From Bacteroidales bacterium (GTDB lineage Bacteria > Bacteroidota > Bacteroidia > Bacteroidales > WCHB1-69), in the NCBI GenBank assembly GCA_045639985.1, contig JAZUEE010000073.1, forward strand, positions 1 to 44,269: a DNA stretch of 44,269 bases, in the 5' to 3' direction. Below, piece after piece: positions 33,767 to 40,717 of the stretch (the first letter of the stretch is position 1; each line of letters starts with the position of its first letter). A program made the position numbers and the translations under genes. A model generated the notes under the pieces. That model was not told the DNA's origin and did not search any database. It saw nothing but the letters and a program-made list of their open reading frames with translations.

Positions 33767-34368
33767 AAAAATGGCTAATCATCGGGGCGGTCTTTGCCGC
33801 CCTGTTGGCGTTCTTGGGGTTTCAACAATATAGCATCCATCAGCTGAAACAGGAACGCAACCGATACAAGCGGAATACGGAAACCCTGTTGTTGGATGTT
33901 GAGTTGTATCGCACAAAAGATTCCTTGAATGCTGCCAAGGTCGGTTCGTTGGAATTGACCATACAGGAGTTCAAGAGATTCCGGGCAGAAGATGCGGCCA
34001 CCATAAAGACATTGAAGGCCAAGAACCGCGATTTGGCGGCGGTTACAAACACGCAGATGCAAACGATAATGGAATTGTCGGCCATGCCCAAAGATACCGT
34101 GATAATCCGCGATTCCGTGGCCGTTCCGGCGGTGGCCGTTCATTCTGGGGATGCGTGGTATGATTTCAACGGCTTGTTGGCAGATGGCTTGTTTACCGGG
34201 TCGTTGGCCGTGCGTGATTCCCTGATGTTGGTTGAAACGGTGCAGTACAAACGATTCCTTGGCTTCCTGTGGAAAACAAAGCAGATAAAGAACAGGGAGT
34301 TGGATTGTGTTTCAAAGAACCCGCACACAACAATAATGGGTTGCGAACATATTGTTATTGAAAAATAA
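33763..34368 (+). CDS. membrane-anchored coiled-coil protein (201 aa), possible spanin-like lysis accessory
   Basis: N-terminal transmembrane segment WLIIGAVFAALLAFLGF followed by a helical region. ATGA overlap with the upstream gene; last gene before tandem terminators. Confidence 0.45.
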   Translation: MKKWLIIGAVFAALLAFLGFQQYSIHQLKQERNRYKRNTETLLLDVELYRTKDSLNAAKVGSLELTIQEFKRFRAEDAATIKTLKAKNRDLAAVTNTQMQTIMELSAMPKDTVIIRDSVAVPAVAVHSGDAWYDFNGLLADGLFTGSLAVRDSLMLVETVQYKRFLGFLWKTKQIKNRELDCVSKNPHTTIMGCEHIVIEK

Positions 34369-34423
34369 TCGTATATTTGCGTTGCTCATCAATCATGAAT
34401 ATCTTTACGATAGTTAGAACTTA

Positions 34424-34453
34424 AAGGCGGCATTGAATAAATGCGGCCTTTTT
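34424..34453 (+). terminator. Rho-independent terminator (imperfect stem AAGGCGGCAT/ATGCGGCCTT, then TTTTT)
   Basis: 10-bp stem with one G-G mismatch, followed by a U tract. Confidence 0.65.
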
Positions 34454-34491
34454 GTGTCTTTGCAACCGAGTTTGATTACTACCATAATCCA

Positions 34492-34530
34492 ATCGGGGTT
34501 CATTGTGAAACGCGCCCCGATTTTCCGTTT
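34492..34530 (+). terminator. Second terminator (ATCGGGG 34492-34498 / CCCCGAT 34515-34521, then TTTTCCGTTTT)
   Basis: 7-bp stem, 16-nt loop and U-rich tail. Confidence 0.6.
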
Positions 34531-34572
34531 TGGCTAAAATTGGGCTATTTGGCGCACTTTTGCGTATGGGAT

Positions 34573-34632
34573 GGCACAATGTACCGCAGAAGGAATAAAA
34601 AGCGAAATACGGCCATTTTTCAAGAAAATAAC
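34573..34632 (+). promoter_or_regulatory. 60-nt conserved module copy B (box GGCACAATGTACC 34573-34585)
   Basis: Identical box and 39-nt spacing to AAAATAAC. Lies 76 nt upstream of the -33 element of early promoter copy 3. Confidence 0.7.
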
Positions 34633-34660
34633 ATTTTTGCGTATAATTAAACAAAAAAGT

Positions 34661-34691
34661 TTTGGTATTTAAGGGAATAGTGTTACCTTTG
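34661..34691 (+). promoter_or_regulatory. Early-promoter repeat copy 3 (TTTG 34661-34664, 19-nt spacer, TACCTTTG 34684-34691)
   Basis: Consensus match and alignment with copies 1, 2 and 4. Confidence 0.7.
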
Positions 34692-34720
34692 CATTCGGGT
34701 TGAGGGTTCAACCACACCGG

Positions 34721-34736
34721 CCGGGCGGGTTCCCGG
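34721..34736 (+). promoter_or_regulatory. Leader hairpin CCGGG-CGGGTT-CCCGG, 16 nt upstream of the ATG at 34753
   Basis: Same formula, followed by ATAAACA. Confidence 0.7.
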
Positions 34737-34752
34737 ATAAACACCAAAGGTT

Positions 34753-35001
34753 ATGGCAAAAGCAATTTATAACGGTCTTAATTACTCAACAAGGGAGATC
34801 AACCGCAATTTCAAAATCAAAGTCACAGGCATTGTTGAGGGTCGCAAAATCAATACATTGGTAGGCGTTGCCGGTCTTATCGCATACGTTGGCGATATAG
34901 AGTTGACAAACAGGCTGATTGGCCGTGCGTTTGATCCTATGAAGGACAAACAGGTTTGCAAGCTTCGCAGAGGTATTGCCATCCATTTCTATTATTACTA
35001 A
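34753..35001 (+). CDS. hypothetical protein (82 aa)
   Basis: First ORF behind early promoter copy 3. Confidence 0.65.
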   Translation: MAKAIYNGLNYSTREINRNFKIKVTGIVEGRKINTLVGVAGLIAYVGDIELTNRLIGRAFDPMKDKQVCKLRRGIAIHFYYY

Positions 35002-35024
35002 TAACTATCAAAGACAAACACGAT

Positions 35025-35297
35025 ATGGCAAAAGTTTACGAAAATGAAAAGGGGTTCAAGGTTATAGAGGTAACCGCCCGTGAAATGCTGAAAATTGGTT
35101 GTGGCGATATATGCGACAATTGCGGCGAACAACAATTGGATGGCGGCTATTATATTGCCGTTCTCAATCAATGGTTCTGCCCCACCTGTTTTGAAACGTG
35201 GTATGATTATGCCATCAATTACGCATCGCGTGGCAATGCAGATGCACGCGTTGAAAAACACAATTTTGAATTTTACAAAAACCTGTTAGGATTATGA
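35025..35297 (+). CDS. hypothetical zinc-finger-like protein (90 aa)
   Basis: Start at the ATG at 35025 (MAKVYENEKG); the track start 34956 overlaps the upstream gene. CGDICDNCG...CPTC gives two CxxC pairs. Confidence 0.6.
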   Translation: MAKVYENEKGFKVIEVTAREMLKIGCGDICDNCGEQQLDGGYYIAVLNQWFCPTCFETWYDYAINYASRGNADARVEKHNFEFYKNLLGL

Positions 35298-35434
35298 AAG
35301 CAATAGAGAACATCGCCGGGATACTCATTACGATTGGAGTGTTTGGCATCATGATTATCGGCCTTCTGGGTATCGTTCCATTGGCCATTGGTGTTTACAT
35401 GGCCGACATGGCCGCACAAAAGAAAAGGGCATAA
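35294..35434 (+). CDS. hypothetical hydrophobic miniprotein (46 aa), below the track cutoff
   Basis: Hand translation: MKAIENIAGILITIGVFGIMIIGLLGIVPLAIGVYMADMAAQKKRA. ATGA overlap upstream; the next ATG is 2 nt after its stop. Confidence 0.5.
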   Translation: MKAIENIAGILITIGVFGIMIIGLLGIVPLAIGVYMADMAAQKKRA

Positions 35435-35436
35435 TT

Positions 35437-35643
35437 ATGTATCACGAAATTGGTGGCGGCTTAACTGTGCCGGATGGCCAGAAGGTATATGCGCTTGAGC
35501 TTCAACGAGGGGAAGGATGCGAAGATTGCGCATTACATAAAACAGACCTCTGCATTTCGGTGCGCTGCATGAAGGAACAACGTTACGATAATAAGGACAT
35601 CATTTATAAAAAAATCAAGGAAAATGAAAGTACAGGAATGTAA
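35437..35643 (+). CDS. hypothetical protein (68 aa)
   Basis: ATG ORF with a CEDC...C...C pattern. Confidence 0.55.
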   Translation: MYHEIGGGLTVPDGQKVYALELQRGEGCEDCALHKTDLCISVRCMKEQRYDNKDIIYKKIKENESTGM

Positions 35644-35776
35644 AGCACGCGAGTGCTGCCATTTAAGGCGCGAATACAACATGAGTTGTCAGCAGTTCAA
35701 CGGGCCTTTCTATTGCAGTAAGGCTAACGAGCAAGTCAAGAACGTTAAACAATATCCATTGGACAAGGAGAAATAA
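35624..35776 (+). CDS. hypothetical Cys-rich miniprotein (50 aa), below the track cutoff
   Basis: Hand translation: MKVQECKARECCHLRREYNMSCQQFNGPFYCSKANEQVKNVKQYPLDKEK. It fills the 35644-35778 gap; the next ATG is 2 nt after its stop. Confidence 0.45.
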   Translation: MKVQECKARECCHLRREYNMSCQQFNGPFYCSKANEQVKNVKQYPLDKEK

Positions 35777-35778
35777 AA

Positions 35779-35988
35779 ATGGGAAAGAAACTTTTAATAG
35801 TGATAAGCCTTTTAGTTGTTTCTTGCGATTACCAAGAGAGAATAGAGGAATCTGGAGATGGCCGTGTTATTTTCTACTGCGACCCAGAAACAAAAGTTGA
35901 ATATGTGGTATATGGGTTTGGTTGCGATGGCAAGGGTATAACACCTCGCCTTAAAGCAGATGGCTCACTTTATATCAGGGAAGAATAA
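35779..35988 (+). CDS. small predicted lipoprotein (69 aa)
   Basis: Signal peptide MGKKLLIVISLLVVS followed by Cys (lipobox-like LVVSC). Confidence 0.55.
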   Translation: MGKKLLIVISLLVVSCDYQERIEESGDGRVIFYCDPETKVEYVVYGFGCDGKGITPRLKADGSLYIREE

Positions 35989-35990
35989 TT

Positions 35991-36284
35991 ATGGCAAAGG
36001 CTGAAAAGAAAACAAGAGAACAGGTGTACAACGAAATGTTGGCAAATGGTGGTGTAACCCTGTCAAGCTGCACCGTTCTGGCCTTCTCATTTGACAAGCC
36101 GGGATTGGTTGATATGTTCCATTACCGAGCGATGAAGATGCGCCATTATTACATCTTTGATGGCAATGTTGAAACCCAATGCGCCATTGTGGTAATGCCC
36201 AAGAACGCCACCATGGAAAAGGCCATGACAAAAGCGGCCACGGGATTGGGCGGCGTACAATACACACCAAACTTGAAAGCATAG
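35991..36284 (+). CDS. hypothetical protein (97 aa)
   Basis: ATG ORF 2 nt after the upstream stop. Confidence 0.6.
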   Translation: MAKAEKKTREQVYNEMLANGGVTLSSCTVLAFSFDKPGLVDMFHYRAMKMRHYYIFDGNVETQCAIVVMPKNATMEKAMTKAATGLGGVQYTPNLKA

Positions 36285-36288
36285 AATC

Positions 36289-36591
36289 ATGTATATATCA
36301 AAAGTTGTAAAAGGCGAGAAAGCCGCCGTTGAGTTGCTGAACAGGATGCGTGCGTTACCAGATGAACGATTGCATTGGTGCGAATCGTTTGCGCATGCCG
36401 GGAATGGTTCAACAGGGGAAATAACCGTTGAACGCATATACGAAAAAGCACCGACCGATACGCATTACTGCGAATACATCATAATGTACATGCGTGTTGA
36501 CAATCCGAAACCCGGCCAAAGGCATCACGGCATGATATCCCAATTGAGGGAATGGGCGTATGAAGATATACGCAATGGTAGAATCAAATAG
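36289..36591 (+). CDS. hypothetical protein (100 aa)
   Basis: ATG ORF. No motif recognised. Confidence 0.6.
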   Translation: MYISKVVKGEKAAVELLNRMRALPDERLHWCESFAHAGNGSTGEITVERIYEKAPTDTHYCEYIIMYMRVDNPKPGQRHHGMISQLREWAYEDIRNGRIK

Positions 36592-36598
36592 CAAGAAC

Positions 36599-36784
36599 AT
36601 GAAAATATACGACATTCAAAAAGCAATTGAACAGGCGTTGAACAAATACGGTTCCGATGTGGATGTGTTCGTTGAGGGTGCGGATGGCCTGTTGCATGAT
36701 TTCCGCATTGAAGAAACACCCGAAACCTTTGATGGCTTTGATACGGTCTTTCCGGCCGGGTACAAACTGATAATGACCGATTAA
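36599..36784 (+). CDS. hypothetical protein (61 aa)
   Basis: Start set at the ATG at 36599 (MKIYDIQ), which avoids overlap with 36289..36591. Confidence 0.5.
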   Translation: MKIYDIQKAIEQALNKYGSDVDVFVEGADGLLHDFRIEETPETFDGFDTVFPAGYKLIMTD

Positions 36785-36786
36785 CC

Positions 36787-37377
36787 ATGGAAAGCGATAC
36801 AAACCCAATTATTGAGGAATTACAGATGGTTGCCATGCTGCCAATGGCTGATCATCAAAAAAGATATTTCAACCAGATGTTGGCCGATGCCAAGCCGGTG
36901 CAATGTACTCCGTTGGCCGAGTTGTTTTCTAAAGAGGAATTGGCCGAAATTCGTAGAGTGATACGGCCACGAAAGCACCAATGTTACAACAACGCATTGA
37001 AATGTGCCGAAAGTCTGCCGGACAAGATAAAATACGTTGAAGGGTTCGGATGGAATGGCTTGTGCAAGGTTGAACACGCATTCAACAGGATTGGCAATGT
37101 GTATGTGGATATTACTTGGGATATGGTCTTGGGTCACGATGTGACAAAGGAAGCTTATGTGTCGTTAATAGAGGATGATGCCGAAAACGTATTGCGCAAC
37201 GTGGCCGAATACGATAACATCACGGGCGATTATTACAGGCGCAAATACATTGAAAGCCTTGGCGGCATCCATGAGGTCGGCAAGATGCTTGATGATCAGG
37301 CGGAAAAGGCGTTAAACAAAAAGGATGGCACCGTTTCCGATGCCATCCACGCAATACTGAAAAGCGATACGAGGTAA
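36787..37377 (+). CDS. hypothetical protein (196 aa)
   Basis: ATG ORF. Its first 13 nt, ATGGAAAGCGATA, are identical to the start of 38522..39859. Confidence 0.65.
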   Translation: MESDTNPIIEELQMVAMLPMADHQKRYFNQMLADAKPVQCTPLAELFSKEELAEIRRVIRPRKHQCYNNALKCAESLPDKIKYVEGFGWNGLCKVEHAFNRIGNVYVDITWDMVLGHDVTKEAYVSLIEDDAENVLRNVAEYDNITGDYYRRKYIESLGGIHEVGKMLDDQAEKALNKKDGTVSDAIHAILKSDTR

Positions 37378-37436
37378 TGCGATGAACAAAGATAGTAATT
37401 TTTTATATCTTTGCGATGGATTCCATAAGCTTTTCG

Positions 37437-37474
37437 CCCCAGATGTTCGGCCATAGCATCTGGGGTTTATTTTT
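37437..37474 (+). terminator. Rho-independent terminator
   Basis: 9-bp stem CCCCAGATG (37437-37445) / CATCTGGGG (37457-37465), followed by TTTATTTTT. Confidence 0.8.
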
Positions 37475-37477
37475 GGG

Positions 37478-37529
37478 GGTTCACGGAAATTTGCAACCGG
37501 TTCACAGGGGGTTCACGCAACCGGTTCAC
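37478..37529. repeat. Iteron array: four GGTTCAC repeats at 37478, 37499, 37510 and 37523
   Basis: GGGGGTTCACG and CAACCGGTTCAC alternate twice. Spacings are 21, 11 and 13 nt. AACCGGTT is an 8-bp palindrome. Confidence 0.8.
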
Positions 37530-37570
37530 GCATGGATTGTCGTATTTTTTTGTTATGGGGTTATCGTTTT

Positions 37571-37582
37571 CGTAACGTTACG
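37571..37582. repeat. 12-bp perfect palindrome CGTAACGTTACG
   Basis: Self-complementary sequence read directly, within the intergenic region. Confidence 0.8.
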
Positions 37583-37641
37583 AATATGGTATGGCCATGG
37601 TGGCCGCAAACAAGGCCGTACAGGGCATTTGATGTTCCGGC

Positions 37642-37701
37642 GGCACAATGTACCATGCGCCCATACAAATGCCGTTATACACAAAATTCCCCAAAAATAA
37701 C
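37642..37701 (+). promoter_or_regulatory. 60-nt conserved module copy C (box GGCACAATGTACC 37642-37654)
   Basis: Identical box and 39-nt spacing to AAAATAAC. Lies 76 nt upstream of the -33 element of early promoter copy 4, the same geometry as copy B. Confidence 0.7.
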
Positions 37702-37729
37702 TGATTGTATAAAAATTAGTGCAATTTAT

Positions 37730-37760
37730 TTTGGTGTTTAAATAAAGTTTTGTATTTTCG
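37730..37760 (+). promoter_or_regulatory. Early-promoter repeat copy 4 (TTTG 37730-37733, 19-nt spacer, TATTTTCG 37753-37760)
   Basis: Aligns base for base with copy 1. The -7 box has one mismatch to TAnnTTTG. Confidence 0.6.
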
Positions 37761-37784
37761 TGGTCGGAAATAGTAACCAACGCG

Positions 37785-37800
37785 CCGGGGCGGTTCCCGG
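37785..37800 (+). promoter_or_regulatory. Leader hairpin CCGGG-GCGGTT-CCCGG, 18 nt upstream of the ATG at 37819
   Basis: Identical to the hairpin at 396-411. Confidence 0.7.
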
Positions 37801-37818
37801 ACTAAAAAACACAAGATT

Positions 37819-38064
37819 ATGGCAAACAACGTAACAAAAACATTCAACGGCAAGAAATACACCTATTCAATCAACGGCAGAGCATACAGACAATCAACAC
37901 GTGATTTCAAATATGCTTGTGTTGCCATATCAAGAGTTGCAAAAGGTGCAGCAAGTGAAGGTAATGAGTTCATTATATCGTTGGGCAATCATTATCAAAG
38001 CACATATAATTCCATGGCTCGTTTCTATGACCATTGCGACCTTCGTATTGAAGAAATTAAATAA
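37819..38064 (+). CDS. hypothetical protein (81 aa)
   Basis: Single ORF between early promoter copy 4 and the hairpin at 38069-38086. Confidence 0.65.
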   Translation: MANNVTKTFNGKKYTYSINGRAYRQSTRDFKYACVAISRVAKGAASEGNEFIISLGNHYQSTYNSMARFYDHCDLRIEEIK

Positions 38065-38068
38065 ATCC

Positions 38069-38086
38069 GGGGCGGGCAACCGCCCC
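38069..38086 (+). terminator. Hairpin GGGGCGG-GCAA-CCGCCCC (terminator-like, no U tract)
   Basis: Same stem sequence as 9858-9875. Confidence 0.5.
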
Positions 38087-38102
38087 ATAAATCCAATAAA
38101 AT

Positions 38103-38333
38103 ATGTTTAGAATAGAAGAAGCGATTGCCCGCGCAAAGACACAGGGCAACAAGGTAATGAAAAGGGATATTGCTGCCCGCCTGTGGCCGGATAGCACCCC
38201 GGCCGCACAACAGGTCAATATGACCAAGTTGTGTACGGGCAAGACATCTGGCGTGAAACCCGAGTGGGTTGCCATTGTCTGCGAAATGACAAATTGTACT
38301 GCGGATTATCTTTTCGGTTTGAGCAATGAGTGA
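38103..38333 (+). CDS. XRE-family helix-turn-helix transcriptional regulator (76 aa)
   Basis: KRDIAARLWPDSTPAAQQVNMTKLCTG...ADYLFGLSNE is the typical Cro/CI-type HTH with the YLFGL C-terminus. Confidence 0.8.
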   Translation: MFRIEEAIARAKTQGNKVMKRDIAARLWPDSTPAAQQVNMTKLCTGKTSGVKPEWVAIVCEMTNCTADYLFGLSNE

Positions 38334-38520
38334 TGCAGATAACAGGAAATGGGAGATTGCCGGTTGCGTTGTTGGGATGGTAGTATTTGCCAATCTTGCA
38401 ATATTCGCATTTATCGGCGGTATCTCTGGGAACAAAGGATTGTTTTTCTTATCCTTGATTTGCGCAATTATGTTCGTAGGGGCATTCTTTGATTTGAAAC
38501 GACTAATAAACAAACAATAA
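38326..38520 (+). CDS. small membrane protein (64 aa, two hydrophobic segments)
   Basis: ATG overlapping the XRE gene end by 8 nt. Hydrophobic segments IAGCVVGMVVFANLAIFAFIGGI and LFFLSLICAIMFVGAFF. Confidence 0.55.
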   Translation: MSDADNRKWEIAGCVVGMVVFANLAIFAFIGGISGNKGLFFLSLICAIMFVGAFFDLKRLINKQ

Positions 38521-38521
38521 A

Positions 38522-39859
38522 ATGGAAAGCGATATGAAACCACAGGTTGCCGAGATTGTACCCGGCATGACCGTTGAAGAAATGGCGGCATTGTATTATG
38601 ATGCCCAGGCTTTGCGAGAAGCACCATACAAAGTGTATCAGTTGAATAGTGATGGCCATCGCTATTATTACCGATTTGATGCCAATGGCGAACCGCATTT
38701 TTACCCAAGTGTAACCACCCTGTTGAAGCAGACAATGCCAACATCGCCGTTCTTGATTGAATGGATGATAAAGAACGGTGCCGAAGGTTCGGTTGAGAAG
38801 CGAGATTTGGCGGCGGCTTACGGCACATTCATGCACGCGCAGTTTGAAAGGCTGATTATCAACAGGTCTTACAATTTTGATGATGTGCCGGGCATCCTGT
38901 TGCAGTACATGGAACAAAACAACTTGCCGGATAAGTTCTATGGCGATTCGTTGACAAAGATACGCAAGGATGTATGCGCGTTTGCGCAGTTCGTACAGGA
39001 TTACAATGTCAAGCCATTGGCCGTTGAGGTTGCATTGGTGCATCCAGATTACCGCTATGCCGGAATGATAGATTTGCCATGCGTAATGACCGATCCAAAG
39101 ACCGGCGAACAATTTTCCGCGATCGTGGATTTCAAGAGTGGCCGCAAAGGCTTCTATGAGGAACACGAAATACAATTGCATCTTTACAAAATGATGTGGA
39201 ATGCAAACAATCTGGGCATGCCAATTAGCCGTGTTTTCAGCTTTTCTCCGAAGGATTGGCGAGGTGTCAAGCCAACGTACAATTTGAAAGATCAGACCGA
39301 TTCGCCCAATGCGGCCAAAATTCCGTCATTGTTGCAGTTGGCAGCGATTGAGGATGGCAAGATAGACAACACATTTACGGTCATTGCCGGTTCCCTGTCG
39401 TTGGATGCCTACAACCCCAAAGCTTGCATAACCTCATTGTCATTGGCCGAACTTATCAAGACCAAGGGCAAGAAGGAAGAAACGCCGGATGTCGGCTTTG
39501 TTCCAGAACAAGGCGAAAGTGAGCCAAAGAAGGGTGTTTCCGTGCCAGAACATGGGGAAAGTGAACGAATTGCCGCCGAATACGACATTTGCGAACATCA
39601 TTGCAAGACGCGTAATTGCGATTACAACTTTGGTTCTCACGGCACGAAATGCGAAGCGGCCAAAGCGGCATCGGAAGGCAAGGACAATTTGGATTGGCTG
39701 AAAACCGATGATGAAAGGGCAGAAGCCGCCGCCAAGGCCGAAAACAAGGCGCGTACAGGCCGAAAGACAACGAAGGTGGACAATGTGCCACCAAAGAAGG
39801 AAAACGCCGTTAAAACGGATTTTTCGCAAAAATTACTGAACACCGAAATTGAATTGTAA
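38522..39859 (+). CDS. PD-(D/E)xK (RecB/Cas4-like) exonuclease with Lys/Glu-rich C-terminal extension (445 aa)
   Basis: Motifs YAGMIDL, IVDFKSG (D-x-K) and EIQLHLY (QxxxY) in the canonical order. Confidence 0.75.
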   Translation: MESDMKPQVAEIVPGMTVEEMAALYYDAQALREAPYKVYQLNSDGHRYYYRFDANGEPHFYPSVTTLLKQTMPTSPFLIEWMIKNGAEGSVEKRDLAAAYGTFMHAQFERLIINRSYNFDDVPGILLQYMEQNNLPDKFYGDSLTKIRKDVCAFAQFVQDYNVKPLAVEVALVHPDYRYAGMIDLPCVMTDPKTGEQFSAIVDFKSGRKGFYEEHEIQLHLYKMMWNANNLGMPISRVFSFSPKDWRGVKPTYNLKDQTDSPNAAKIPSLLQLAAIEDGKIDNTFTVIAGSLSLDAYNPKACITSLSLAELIKTKGKKEETPDVGFVPEQGESEPKKGVSVPEHGESERIAAEYDICEHHCKTRNCDYNFGSHGTKCEAAKAASEGKDNLDWLKTDDERAEAAAKAENKARTGRKTTKVDNVPPKKENAVKTDFSQKLLNTEIEL

Positions 39860-39860
39860 T

Positions 39861-40589
39861 ATGGGCGGCAGAATAGTATGCCCGGACAAGGGCGAAGCCA
39901 AGTTATTGTTGAAGGTTTCAAGCCATCTGCAAATTGGCATGAAGGTAAAAGGCCAGAACGGCAAGGAATACCCGACATCGGTTGATTATTTCATCCCATC
40001 AGGCAAATACGCCGAGGTTTTCACAAGGGCGTATGGCGAAAAGCCTAACACGGTGCAGATCATGTTTGTGGATGATGACCCGGAATTGTCTTGCAACGAG
40101 AGGTTGGAGTATTGGAGTTCAAAGGGCGAGTTGGTGGCGCGTGGCGATGGCCAAACGTTTGAAATCTGGGATGGCAACAAATATGCGCCATACACGGTTG
40201 ACAAATACCCGGATATCATGGCACAGGTTGCGGAACGATGCCCCAAGCCAAAGCGCAACGAGAACGACAACGGATGGGATATTGTGCTGACTTTGCGGTT
40301 TCTCATACCATTGGCAAACGAGGTGTTGTGTTTGTGGGATTTCAAGACCAAGGGCGCAGCATCATCAGTCAACAACATTCGTGACACATACGATGCGGTT
40401 CAAAAGATACGCGGCACGGTTCGCGGTTCGGTTTTTGACTTATCGGTGCAGTTCGCCAAATCAGTCAAGCCGGGCGTGAAATCTCGTTATCCTGTTGTGT
40501 CGTTGACTTGTAATGATTCACAGGTTGCCCGCATACAGGATCATTTGAACAAAACGAGAAATTCAACATTATTGTTGGCTGACAAATAA
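39861..40589 (+). CDS. hypothetical protein (242 aa); possible recombination partner of the upstream exonuclease
   Basis: ATG at 39861; the track start 39849 is TTG. Carries an IMFVDDDPE...GELVARGDGQTF motif. The functional guess rests on position only. Confidence 0.55.
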   Translation: MGGRIVCPDKGEAKLLLKVSSHLQIGMKVKGQNGKEYPTSVDYFIPSGKYAEVFTRAYGEKPNTVQIMFVDDDPELSCNERLEYWSSKGELVARGDGQTFEIWDGNKYAPYTVDKYPDIMAQVAERCPKPKRNENDNGWDIVLTLRFLIPLANEVLCLWDFKTKGAASSVNNIRDTYDAVQKIRGTVRGSVFDLSVQFAKSVKPGVKSRYPVVSLTCNDSQVARIQDHLNKTRNSTLLLADK

Positions 40590-40604
40590 AATTGCCTATC
40601 TTTG
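40572..40604 (+). promoter_or_regulatory. Putative promoter (TATCTTTG -7 box at 40597-40604, weak ATTG -33)
   Basis: -7 box TAnnTTTG followed by CATTGAAATAA, similar to the +1 region of the early promoter repeats. Confidence 0.5.
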
Positions 40605-40670
40605 CATTGAAATAAACATTGACCACTACCAATGTAAGGAAAAATAACAGGTATTGAACCCTGTAATATT

Positions 40671-40714
40671 CCCGGTATTTTGGTGTGTAGTGGCCCAAGA
40701 TACCGGGATTTTTT
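40671..40714 (+). terminator. Intrinsic terminator/attenuator in the leader of the initiator gene
   Basis: 8-bp stem CCCGGTAT (40671-40678) / ATACCGGG (40700-40707), followed by ATTTTTT, ending 4 nt before the ATG at 40718. Confidence 0.65.
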
Positions 40715-40717
40715 GAT

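Noticed and set aside
34441-34650. 69-aa ORF between the lysis genes and early promoter copy 3
   Set aside because: It spans two terminator hairpins and module copy B, and it lacks the tight coupling to neighbours seen for real genes here.
37416-37700. 94-aa ORF in the 37378-37818 gap
   Set aside because: It runs straight through a terminator hairpin, the GGTTCAC iterons, the 12-bp palindrome and the palindromic box. Its reading frame is most simply a by-product of these repeats.
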